Shown here piece after piece: positions 14,330 through 25,680 of a stretch of 64,000 nucleotides of DNA; within the stretch, counting starts at the first letter, position 1, and each line of letters starts with the position of its first letter. The notes beneath the pieces were generated by a model. That model did not search any database. It was not told the DNA's origin and saw only the letters and a program-made list of their open reading frames with translations. A program made the translations under genes and the position numbers. The stretch covers positions 11,160,001 through 11,224,000 of the forward strand of contig JAQFVV010000007.1 in NCBI GenBank assembly GCA_028023455.1, given 5' to 3'. This DNA comes from Epiperipatus broadwayi (lineage: Eukaryota; Animalia; Onychophora).

Positions 14330-14700
14330 GAATCATTTTTGACTAATATAATTTCACAGTAAGTTAAAGATTTTTCCAAATTTCATCAAGTTTTTTTCAT
14401 CAGTATTTTCTCCTCCACACAACTTCACCAATTTTATTATTGTATATAGTTCCATCTCATTTGTGTATTTTTTCATAAGTCATTTGCAATATTTTGAGAG
14501 CCAGTTTAACACTTCAACTGTCCATCTATTTCCATCTCATTTGTGTATTTTTCCTATGTCATTTACAATATTTTGCAATCCAGTTTAACTCTTCAATTGT
14601 CCATGTATTATAATCTCTACTCACAATATGTGCCCATTTTCATTTAAGCCACAATTCTTTCACTGGTATTAACAATACCTATCCTGTCAAGCACATATTT
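14330..14700 (-). mobile_element. RTE-clade LINE 3' fragment with an internal 80-bp tandem duplication (14450-14605)
   Basis: Minus strand gives WAHIVSRDYNTWTIEELNW...RKNTQMRW, similar to RTE WAGHxxRxxDxRWT...W...RW. ttccatctcatttgtgtatttttc starts at 14450 and 14530. Confidence 0.55.
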
Positions 14701-15780
14701 CATTTTATCCCTTTTTATCATTACATATATTTCTCCATACTTTCTTGTGTGATCTGAAATCTCTGTACTGTGTTTATATTAAATGCTCATATCGTAGCTT
14801 CATTTGTAAAAAAATGCTAAAATATATCTGTTAAAAACTTTTCTTTCTAATATATCAGATAATAATTATCCGAAATTCTAATTATTACATTGCAGTAAAA
14901 AGGTATAATATATTTTCGCACTTTCTAATGAAAGGTGTCATAATGTAAGGCATATCAAAAAATATTATCATATATATATACAAACTTAATTTTTGTACAT
15001 TTTATTTATATCTTTGACCTTCATAAAAAAGTAAAGTCTAAACTAAATTTTTGAAGATATTTTGACAAAAAATATACATTATTGATGTATTTGAAAAAGA
15101 AAAAGAAAACTGTTAAAAGTTATCAGTATAAACAGAAGAAAAATGACAACTTTGAAAATAAAAAAATCAATTTTTAAAATCCAGTCAAATTTTACTTAAA
15201 ATGTTTCACATTTTTTCATAAATATACTTTGCATATACATATGCATGTACACATTTTTACACATCAGAAAAATTTTATACTATCGAGTCATAAATAAACT
15301 TGGAAAAATTTAAAAAATAGTTTTTATTTTTAATAAAAAGCTATTTCATTATATATATAAGATTTGAAATACCAGACACTCTTATACCTAGAGCCTAATT
15401 GTAAATATAGGGAAGTTGAACGCAGACTTTCAACCCCCTACACTGTCCACACTATCTCATACTACTGATACACATGATCACACACATGTAGAAAAGCAGT
15501 GCATATTAATAGCTGAAGTTTAAATCTTAAATATATCTATCACTTTCCCACTACAACATTCTTTCAGCAGCACTGCCTTGACCATACCATTCAGATTTTA
15601 TTTATAAGATAGCACTGCTGAAAAAATATAGCAGTAGGGAAGATACAGATTTAATCAACCACACTATAAATATGTGATATTGCTAATATTAAGTTTAATT
15701 CTCTCTGTCTACATAAATTTGACAATATTTTTAAAGCATTGAAGTTTAAAAAAAAGTAAGTAATTTTTGTTGTATGCATG

Positions 15781-15992
15781 TTTCTGTCATTATGTGGTGT
15801 CATCATCAACCTATAAATTAGTTGAGGCCCACCAAATATTACAACATTTAATTTGTTATAAAATGTGGATATAAATTTAGCACATTTTTAATATTAAACT
15901 GGAGATTGTAAGTGAAGTTAAATATAAATTGTTTTCCTATTGTTGGAGGGACCTCAACTAATTGCTATTGATGCCATTGTGTAATGACAAAA
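15781..15992. repeat. Small inverted-repeat (MITE-like) element
   Basis: Left arm tttctgtcatta...aattagttgaggcccaccaa pairs imperfectly with right arm ttggagggacctcaactaatt...taatgacaaaa. Confidence 0.6.
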
Positions 15993-16192
15993 GTGTGTAT
16001 CCAGTGATGATTGGTTAATTTTTTCATCAAACATTTTCTGGTTAAAAGATTATGGAAAATTCTATATGTAGGATACAGTTAAAATTAACATCTATACTAT
16101 ATATATATGTCAACAGATGGCATTCTACCAAAAATACCATCAAGCGTATGTTTACATAAACGTCAGAGCATGCATTCACTATCTCTAACTTT

Positions 16193-16252
16193 AATTCCAC
16201 TTTCAGATCATGATTTCAAGCTATTTGCTATCATCAGTGAAAGACAGGAATT
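16193..16252 (-). ncRNA. Type I hammerhead ribozyme motif (best-preserved copy)
   Basis: Minus strand reads AATTCC-TGT-CTTTCA CTGATGA T-AGC-AAATA-GCT-T GAAA T-CATG-A TC / TGAAAG-T-GGAATT. Stem I is 6+6 bp around an internal loop, the CUGAUGA and GAAA core is intact, stem III is palindromic (ATCATGAT) and the cleavage triplet is AUC. Pair 10.1-11.1 is a non-canonical U-U. Confidence 0.75.
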
Positions 16253-16737
16253 TTAGAAACTAGATCTAAACACAAACTCTGAGCATTTATGAAACAGTTT
16301 CTATTCAGCTTGCAAGTGTGAATCTTTTAGACACGTAATGTCTTCAAACTCAGCATAGCAAGCCAGATAGCTTGAAATCATGATCTGAAAGTGGAATTAA
16401 AGTTAGAGATAGTGAATGCATGCTCTGACATTTATGTAAACATACGCTTGATGGTGTTTTTGGTAGAATGCCATCTGTTGACGTAAATACAAGTGTTAGC
16501 AAGTTTTTAACTTGTTTTTTGTTTTTCATAATTGTACCTTTGAGATCTTTCTAGCAATGATATATATTGCAGAGGCTTCTACTATGTGGTGATGCTGAAC
16601 TGAGATTAGACCCATATAGCTATCTGGCTTGCTATGCTCAGTTTGAAGACATTACGTCTCTAAAAGATTCACACATGCAAGCTGAATAGAAACTGTTTCA
16701 TAAATGCTCAGAGTTTGGGTTTAGATCTAGTTTCTAA

Positions 16738-16797
16738 AATTCCTGTCTTTCACTGATTATAGCAAATAGCTTGAAATCATAATCTGAAAGTGGAATT
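16738..16797 (+). ncRNA. Hammerhead motif copy, probably inactive
   Basis: Same fold, but the core reads CTGATTA (G8 to T) and stem III reads TCATAA, which breaks the palindrome. Confidence 0.6.
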
Positions 16798-17136
16798 AAA
16801 GTTAGAGATAGTGAATGCATGCTCTGACATTTATGTAAACATATGCTTGACGGTGTTTTTGGTAGAATGCCATCTGTTGACATAAATACAAGCGTTAGCA
16901 AGTTTTTAACTTGTTTTTTGTTTTTCATAAATGTACCTTTGAAGTTTTTCTAGCAATGATATATATTGCAGAGGCTTCTACTATGTGGTGTTGCTGAACT
17001 GAGATCAGACCCATATAGCTATCTGGTTTGCTATGCTGAGTTTGAAGACATTATGTGTCTAAAAGATTCACACTTGCAAGCTGAATAGAAACTGTTTCAT
17101 AAATGCTCAGAGTTTGTGTTTAGATCTAGTTTCTAA

Positions 17137-17196
17137 AATTCCTGTCTTTCACTGATGATAGCAAATAGCTTGAAATCATGATTTGAAAGTGGAATT
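17137..17196 (+). ncRNA. Hammerhead motif copy with AUU triplet
   Basis: aattcctgtctttca CTGATGA tagcaaatagctt GAAA tcatga TT tgaaagtggaatt. The core is intact, with C17 changed to U. Confidence 0.65.
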
Positions 17197-17644
17197 AAAG
17201 TTAGAGATAGTGAATGCATGCTCTGATGTTTATGTAAACGTACGCTTGATGGTGTTTTTGGTAGATGCCATCTGTTGACATAAATACAAGCATTAGCACG
17301 TTTTTAACTTGTTTTTTTGTATTTTATATATATTACCAAATATGCTTAGGCTAAAATATAAATTAAATGGAAGCAATTGATCTCAAAGAGCTAAGAATGT
17401 TTATGCTCGTACATCATAAATGTAAAGAAGAAAAGGGTGGCTATTCTTTTCTTCAGCTTTGATATTATTTAAACAAATATTTATTGTTGATACTGATAAT
17501 AAGATATTCAATTCATTTAATGACCATAATTTAAATACAGCATCTATCACACTGAATTCATAGTTAAGTATTATAAGGGAAACATATACTTCTAGTTTTA
17601 AATGCATTATAATACCAATGTAAAGTTAGTGTTATAAGTATAAA

Positions 17645-18710
17645 TTATAAAGAGAAGGGTATAAATCTTTTCCACAGATCACTTTAAATGTTTATAATAG
17701 CCAAATGATGTTAGATTCTTGACTATAGAGAGAAGTTTCAAACCTTGACATAAGATAGGGACTTATTAATGATAAGAATGGCTGTCTGTTTTTAATCTAT
17801 ATTTACATTTATATAGGCCAATCTAAAGCATCTTGATTTGAGAACATAAAAATGTTACTTCATAATTAAATCCACTATTTCATTTTTGACAAATTAACAT
17901 GTGAAATCTTGTGATTTACAATGAGTTGAAGTTACAATTTTTTTAATGGAAATATCGAAACTATTCTAAAGTTCTAATGATTTAACAAGCACACAGGCAA
18001 TGTGTAATATCAAAAGAAAAAGGCTTTAACATTTTCCACAGGTGCTTTAAACATTTATAATAGCCAAATGGTTATAGTTTTTTGACTATAGATTCTTGAC
18101 ACAGGGATTTTATAAAGATAAGAATGGCCATCTTATCTTTTAATGTAATTCACATTTATATAGGCCATTCTGAAGCATTTTGATTTGAGAGTGTGAAGAT
18201 GTTCCTCACTTCACAGTTAAATCCTTCAATAGTAAAAAGTCTACATCATTTGACTATTATAAACATTTAAAGTGCCTGTGGAAAAAGTTATAATGTTTCC
18301 CTTTTATAAATACATACTGCCTGTGTGCTTGATAAATAATTAGAACATTAGATTAGTTTTTATATTTCCATTAAAAAATTCATAACTTTAACTTGTAATC
18401 ACAAGATTTCACATATTAATTTGTCAAAAAGGGAATAGTTAATTTAAATATAAAATGAATAGCATCATCATTCTCTCAAATCACGATGCTTTAGTTTGAC
18501 CTATGTAAATGTCAATTTAGGTTAAAGATAATATGTCCATTCTTATCTTTATAAAGTCCCTATTTTCTGTTGAGGTTTGAGAGTTTGTTTAATAATCAAA
18601 AAACTACATTGCTTGATTATTATAAATGTTTGAAGTATTTGTTGAAAAGGTTAAAGCCTTTTTCTTTATAACTACATATTGTCTGTGTGCTTGAGAAATA
18701 ATTAGAACAA
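17645..18710. repeat. Older, about 363-bp diverged repeat arranged as direct, partial direct, inverted, partial inverted
   Basis: ttttccacag at 17668 and 18032. Reverse-orientation tg(c/t)ctgtgtgcttga at 18318 and 18680 matches aagcacacaggca near 17987. Orientation switches near 18225. Confidence 0.8.
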
Positions 18711-18793
18711 ATATAAATATATTACATATTACATATGTTTAGCCTAAAATATGTTATTTAAATGTAAACTATTTTACCATATGTAATACAGTT

Positions 18794-19075
18794 AAATAAA
18801 TGCTACAACTAGTATAAGATTATACTATTGTTGCTAACATTTATTTTAACCTGCAACAACTAAAACCCTTATATGATACTGGTATAAATTTTCATTTGCT
18901 GTGATTTCATGAATTTTTTACATTTAATTATCTCTAACAAAATTAAAATAAATGCTACAACTACTATAAGATTATACTATTATTGTTAACATTTTTTTAA
19001 ATTATCAACAATTACAACTGACATGTGATACTAGTAAAAATTTTAATATGCCGTGATTTCATATAATTTTTTTCA
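18794..19075. repeat. 152-bp tandem duplication
   Basis: aaataaatgctacaacta(g/c)tataagattatactatt starts at 18794 and 18946. Confidence 0.8.
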
Positions 19076-19639
19076 AAATTTTTGATTAATGTATTTACTA
19101 ATATTTAATTATTATATATATTAAACCATAAGTGTGCATGGCTGATTGGTTTATGTGTGCATCACATGATGCTATTCAATGCTTAAAGTGAAACAAGAGA
19201 ATATTATTTGTCTGTTGTCAAGATAACAATCAGATTATAATTGGAAAATTTATTGTGAGGTTTTAACATCTTAGATTGATTTTGATTAAAAACCAATTGA
19301 TTGGAAACTAAGATTAAAACTGTCTAGAAGTTTAAATAAACTTTATTAAACAGATCAGGATAAACTACTTGCAGGTACATTAATAATCATTTTTACAACA
19401 TACTAACAAATTATTATACAATACTTTTAAATGGAATGGCCATACATTTTCCATTTATTATCTGAGTGTTGCCTTGGCAACATATTGATAATATTCTATT
19501 GGTTTAGTTTATGTATTGACTGGAATTTTAACTTTTAAATGCTATTCAGTATTGTATGCATGTTGTAAGTAGGCTATAACTATCATTTAGTTTTAATACT
19601 GATATATCAAATACTATAAGGTTTATTCCAGAATTTTTT

Positions 19640-19642
<3 letters not shown>

Positions 19643-19736
<94 letters not shown>
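19643..19736. repeat. Perfect (TA)n microsatellite, about 47 units
   Basis: Seen directly. Confidence 0.95.
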
Positions 19737-19737
<1 letters not shown>

Positions 19738-21059
19738 CTCTTAAGTAGGCTTTTGTGGAAACCCTGAGAAAATATTTTTATTGAGAAGAATCATTGATAA
19801 GATCAATGATAATCTTTTAAAAGATTCTGATCTCTCTATGCAAATATTCTTCTCAGAAATAGCTAGGTAATATTATTAATCTTTCTCAGGCAATTCTGAA
19901 AACTATTGTGGTGATTTTCATAAGAGACATACAAGACAATATATACATTTTTGTGTAGTCTTCATGCTTTTTTTATTCCAATAATTTTACCAATAAAAAA
20001 ATAATTGATACAAAATGTATAAATTTTGTTTAGTTAACTAGTGGGAAGATTAAATATTAGCTAAAGGTTTTTATAATTCCAGAGAAATATCAAGTCTTCT
20101 TCTCTTTTGTACTTGCATTGTGGAAAGTTTATTTTTCTACTCACAATAATTTTACCAAGTTAATTAGGCCAAAATGGGTAAGAAGTTTACGTTTGTTAAT
20201 AGCTTTGTCAAATATGAATATATCAACAACATTATCACGAGATCTCTCGTATTACTTATTCATATGTTTCACCCAAACTAATAACCACCAACTCTAAACT
20301 ATGGTGCAGAGTTACAAAATAACAATCTCCAGATTGATCTGCTTCTAGTTATTGTCTTATCAGTGAAGGGTAGGATAAAAGTTGAAACTAATTTTCAGAT
20401 TATTGACGTCAATAATATAATGGAGTAAAAGTGTGTTGCTAGACATATAAGCACATTAGGGTCTACCTTTGAATCCTACTCTCTTTCTCTCTCTCTATAA
20501 ATATAATATGTATGAAAACTTTTTTCTTATTAATATAAATCTAAATCAAATAAAATATTTTTTTTTAAAAAATAATGAATTGTGTAAGCAGTTCACGGGG
20601 TCGAAATACATAATATTTATTAAGGATTAGAAAGTGTGCGAGACAGAAGATAATCCATTTAGAAAATGCTCCAGTTTAGCACTCAACTTCAGCTATTCAA
20701 ACCAAAATACAAGGGAAGCAATCAAAATCCCAAAATGATGTTCACATTTCTAAAAAGAAAAATCACTTTAGTGAGAAATTCCAAAATATTTGAATATGTC
20801 TCAGAAGTACAAATTAGTTTTATTTAATTATCAATCAAATTAAGATTGATAAATTCAAAATTATTTTTTATTCATACACATGAATACACATGCAGTTGAT
20901 AAAAAAGATTTATATATATAATATTCAAATAGAAATATAGTGTCTATACTAAACTTAATGTAACTAAATTTAATAGAATTAGAATGGTCTTGAACTCAGA
21001 TTTTCAAGCCCTTCTGTGTATTTAAATGGACGTATTAAGGTTCTATATATAAGGGGTCA

Positions 21060-21300
21060 GAATGACTTAAAGTCAACATGGGTATGACAATAATATTGGC
21101 ATTAACCAGGGCTTTGAGTGTTCCATCATCGGATTTTCAATGATATGGATGACTGACGAATTGGAGATTGGAAAAGATTGAAGCTTGTTCATTAAAGTTT
21201 GAAGATTTGTCGTCTTAATTTAAATGGAGAACCAATAATATCTATGTGCGAGAGATGGTAACCTGGACCAATTGCTGATTGTGGGTTCAGCACAAAATAT
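21060..21300 (+). mobile_element. Possible RTE-like reverse transcriptase fragment
   Basis: Frame reads NIGINQGFECSIIGFSMIWMTDEL, similar to GxxQGxxLSPxLFxxxMDxLT. Confidence 0.4.
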
Positions 21301-21639
21301 ATATATTGGAGATCATTTGTCTTTTTATGTGTATGAATATCAGTTGTATAAGGTAAATTGGATAGATGTAGTGAGCTTGAAAGTCTGAGTTCAATACCCT
21401 TCTAAATATATATAAAGAAAGAAGATGGATTCGAATATCAGATTGACAAATTTGAAGAAAAATGAAAACAAATTTACCAAAATAGACAAACTGAACATCT
21501 ATTAAATAAATTAATAATGGAATTATTTAATATTAGAAGTTTGTAGAAGTCGAGCAAAGAGCAAAGGAGCAGGATGAGAATTTTTGAATTTTGAAATCAA
21601 GAATCTGCCACTCTACTCTTCATAAAATGATCCAGAGCA

Positions 21640-21958
21640 TTATATATGATATTAATATCATTTATTTTCTTTACCACTTTTTACAATGCTTTTTTCAAAT
21701 TCACTATTGACAGTTTCAACTGACCCAACAATCTTCTTTAGAACTAAAACAAACACAATACAAATACATGAATACAAATATACATGAACATATAATTTTA
21801 TATATTATGTTTTCATGTATATTTGTAGTCATGTATTTGCATTGTTTTTGTTATAGTTCTGAAGAAGATCACTGGTGCAGTCAAAACTCTCAATAGTGGA
21901 TTGTAAAAAGACATTGTAGAAAGTAATAAAGAATACAGATTATATTAATATTATATGG
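21640..21958. repeat. Long imperfect palindrome (about 150-bp arms) carrying a degenerate CTGAAGA...GAAAC motif; third partial copy at 22335-22390
   Basis: ctattgacagtttcaactgacccaacaatcttctttagaac is the approximate reverse complement of gttctgaagaagatcactggtgcagtcaaaactctcaatag. The arms extend out to tatattaatat. Confidence 0.8.
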
Positions 21959-23344
21959 ATTTTTGCAATGCAATAAAAAAAAGCCATTATATATGCTTAT
22001 AATTGCAGAATATACCTATAAGTAATTTACTAACAACACGTCTATTAAATATCTGATATATAGCTCAAGAATCATAAAAATAAATATTTTAGGCTGATGA
22101 ATTCATCTTTTCTCAAGTAATATAACTAATATTTATATGCCTTAAAATTAAAACTAACAGAAACTAATTAAGTCTTGAGTGTAGCACCTACTCATTTTTT
22201 TTAAAGATATAAATTGTTTTGATAGTACAATTTTTCTAAAATGGCCATGTACAACACTTCTTCTTTCACTCATATTGTATTATTTTTATTAAATCTTTAT
22301 TTAAAAAAAAAACAACAACTCCCAATTCTTTTGATGCACTTTTGTCAATGACAGTTTTGACTGACAGATAGTCTTCTTCAGGTCTAAAAAAATATTGTAT
22401 TACAATTATTCTTTACATAAACAGATAAAACTTTATTTAATATATATATGAAATTTATATATATATGAAAGAGAATTAAAACTCAATTGTTTTAAAATTG
22501 AAGAAGTCTGATAATTAATCAAACTTGTCATAAACTGAATGAAATACAAAATGTGAATTACAAAGTATGTGAGCCTTACATAGTTTTAAGCCATATTAAA
22601 AGTCACAAAGTTTAAAGGACTTACATATTTAATTGCTTTTTCTTTGAAACATTGAAATAAACCCATTTATTTCTAAAATACAAATAGTTTAGAACATTTA
22701 ATGCCTATAAGATAACTCATAAAAGATCAAAATAAATTAGTTACAATTATGTGTATACTATTTCTGTCTAAACCAATAGAACTTATATTTATTGACACAC
22801 TAAACATTTCAAATAATATCATATTAATGTTGTTTTGTTAAAAGTTTTATTTTTAATGTCTTTAACTCAAAAATTCTGAAACTAATTAAGAAATTAAGAA
22901 TGTTGATTTACTTTAATGCATGTAAAAATACACAATTTTTATACCACAGTAACATTTAAACATCTACCGAACTGACATTCAATTATAAATTGATAAAAAG
23001 TAAAAACAATATTTTATTTAATTGTGAAAATGGGATATAATAAGCCTTTCTCATTGTTTTTAATTTCAAATATATTAATTGATTTTGCTTTATGTGCATT
23101 ATGGATCATAAGTAAAATATAATGATTCAAAGTTGTGCCAATTTCAATCTCATGCTGTGTTAATGGTTTTTTGTTGACAATGTAATCGGTAATTAAACTT
23201 TGAGATGATAATTTTACTAATTGTTTATAAAGATCGCGTTATCCAGACTGTTATGTCTAGCTGTTAGGGAATGCACTTCCACGAGTGCAATTATATATAT
23301 ATAACATGTTTCCACGATTGTTTTAATAATGACTAACAATTAAA

Positions 23345-23665
23345 TTTTCTTTTATACATATATATATGGAGAAACGTTTAGACAGAAAAAAGTTACAAGT
23401 AAAAATATTTAAGAACTTTTAAAGATACATTCTTTTTAAGTAGAAATTAAAAGTTCTTGAATATTTTTACTTGTAACTTTTTTCTGTCTAAAACTTTCTC
23501 CATAATATATATGTGTATAAACAAAAATATAAACATACACATTTTAAAGATATATTCTTTTTTAGTAGAAATTAAAAGTTCTTAAATATTTTTACTTGTA
23601 ACTTTTTTCTGTCTAAAAGTTTCTCTATGTATATATATATATGTATAAAAGAAAATATAAACCTA
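23345..23665. repeat. 125-bp tandem pair plus inverted partial copy, next to a Penelope-like 3' end (possible pLTR array)
   Basis: aaagata(c/t)attcttttt...gtaacttttttctgtctaaaa starts at 23421 and 23546. 23345-23420 is the reverse complement of part of it. Confidence 0.8.
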
Positions 23666-23699
23666 CATATACATAACACAGACATACAACTATTCAGCT

Positions 23700-24470
23700 C
23701 TCGTTTGAATTTAAGAGCTCATTCATAATTCATTTCATTAACAAAAAATGATTTTTTAATTGATTAGAAAGTTGAAGACTTTCTCGAATCATTTTTTCTG
23801 TGAAATGAACAGGTTCCCCTTCTATTTCATTATCTTTTTCTAAATCTTCTAAGGTATCTAAATTTACTGCCAAACCTTTTTCCAACAGGCATTTAAACTA
23901 TATAAAATTTAATGTGTGTATATAAAACAGGGCAAATCCTGATTTTAAGTGAAATATGAACTTCTTTATTACATAAAAGAAGACCACACAAAAATATATT
24001 AAGAAGAAACATCAATTGCATAACTTCAAAATTGCATTTAAAAAATCCTTACAGATCCAGGTGTATTTACAAAGATTATCATTTCTGAATAAGAAGGACT
24101 TCAAACCTGCCATTTTGTGTGACATTGGTACTCTTGATGTATATGGAATATAGCCTCTTTTTGCAATTGCTTTAATAGTCATATAGTAATCCAGTTTACA
24201 TCTATTTCTAGTTATCAAGAAACTGAATGCACATTAAATTTTCATCTATTTTGATCCATTTTAAGCCATTTATATTATTTAATTCTTTAAACAAATCTTT
24301 AATTGTATTTGCCTTGCTGCATACAAACATATCATCAACATATCGATAATATACAATAATATTTTTTTGATAACATTTCTTTTTCATAATATTTTTTTCA
24401 TAAGTGGAAATTACAAATTTGAGCAACTGTAGACAGACCCATTGGCCAGCCATTACCCATTTTCTAAAAA
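23700..24470 (-). mobile_element. Penelope-like retroelement (PLE) fossil, RT to C-terminus
   Basis: ORF 24208-24453 contains YYRYVDDMF and IQFLD. ORF 24012-24218 contains YIPYTSRVPMSHK. Further downstream, EKMIRESLQL resembles the GIY-YIG C-terminal RESxxI motif. Confidence 0.75.
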
Positions 24471-24879
24471 TCCTTCTTAAAAAAATGCATAAATATTTTT
24501 ATCAAAAAAGCTCAATGTTTTAACTATAAATTTTATTATTTTCACATAAACATTTTTTAAATTTAATGTGTCAGAAATAATTTCAATAGAAACCATCGAT
24601 TGATTGATCCATACATTTCACTTATGTCTAAGGTACATATTACATCATTAACATCAATAATAACATCATAAATTTTACTAACAAAATCAAATGATGAATA
24701 TATTATATATTTACTAAAACCAAGAATTTCTTGTTTATTTCTAAAATGTGATTGTGAAGATAAAATTATTACTCAAATAAATAATCTTAATTTTATGAAA
24801 GTTAATAAATATAGAAAATTTGCATATTCAATTTATCAATAATATTTTTAAAAAAGTGAAAACTAATGTGATTGACATG

Positions 24880-25680
24880 AGGGTTACAAGCCTTTCAGAA
24901 TCACTAAGGAAGCCAGAAGCAGAAACCAGTTTGGGATTGGAGATATTCTAAAAAGCTGGTTAAAAGCTATTGGCAAGGATATCATATAACATTTGTAATA
25001 CAAGCTTATTAATTTTATAGACTATCTGCTGGGTTGTTTCTGTGAGCAGTTTATCTTTAAAATTGTTGAGTAGATTGTTCAATAAAGGGGGAGAACAAAA
25101 TGTATCTTTAGAACATTCCTTTTAGTTTTTGAGAGACTTTTGGGATATATGGAAGGCTTATCCATTTTTTATCCCTACTAGCTTGAAGGTATACAGATTT
25201 ATAGACTATGTTGACTGTGTTAAAATTTTTGTCTTTGTTATATCTTAAATTTTGTAATTATGTAGGGTATATCTGAGTGTTGTTTTTCCTGTCCATTTCA
25301 AGTTTACATAATTTTAAATTTCTATATAAAAATCCTTTGAGACCAGCATATGTGTGAGTCATAAGTGCTAGTTACTTAGAATGAATTGCTTCTCCTATGT
25401 TTATGGTTTCAATGCCATTTTATAGTTGTAAGGTGTCATGTTGCTTCTGAACATACAGATCCAGAAATTTGACACCCTGCTTTTTTCCTTTTTTTCAATA
25501 GTTAATGATAAATTCCAAATTATAATAGTTAAGCTTAAAGAAGACATTTGTTCTAATTCTTGATGAATTTTTGTAATTTGTATATCAATTGCCAAACTAA
25601 AATGCCATCCATACATTTAACATATAATGCATTAGAAGCCAGGGCAAACAATTTTGAGTGGAACCATATCTTCCATCTTT
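24880..25680 (-). mobile_element. Second Penelope-like fossil
   Basis: Minus-strand frames give LTIEKKEK, KFLDLYV and WISLPYIPKVS, typical of the PLE RT thumb/linker region. Frameshifted. Confidence 0.6.

Larger units (their letters stand above)
16106..17320. repeat. 399-bp tandem repeat (about 2.4 units, 16367-17320) preceded by an inverted 267-bp partial unit (16106-16372); candidate retrozyme array
   Basis: cttgaaatca recurs at 16371, 16770 and 17169 (period 399). 16106-16372 is the reverse complement of part of the unit. Each full unit carries a hammerhead-like motif. Confidence 0.9.

Noticed and set aside
16734-16928. 64-aa ORF within the 399-bp repeat
   Set aside because: It is antisense to the ribozyme, its length is not conserved between units, and I recognise no protein motif.
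16106-17320. CRISPR-like or classical MITE interpretation of the array
   Set aside because: There are no unique spacers and the context is eukaryotic. The internal tandem units and ribozyme core fit a retrozyme-type repeat better, and no clear TSD was identified.
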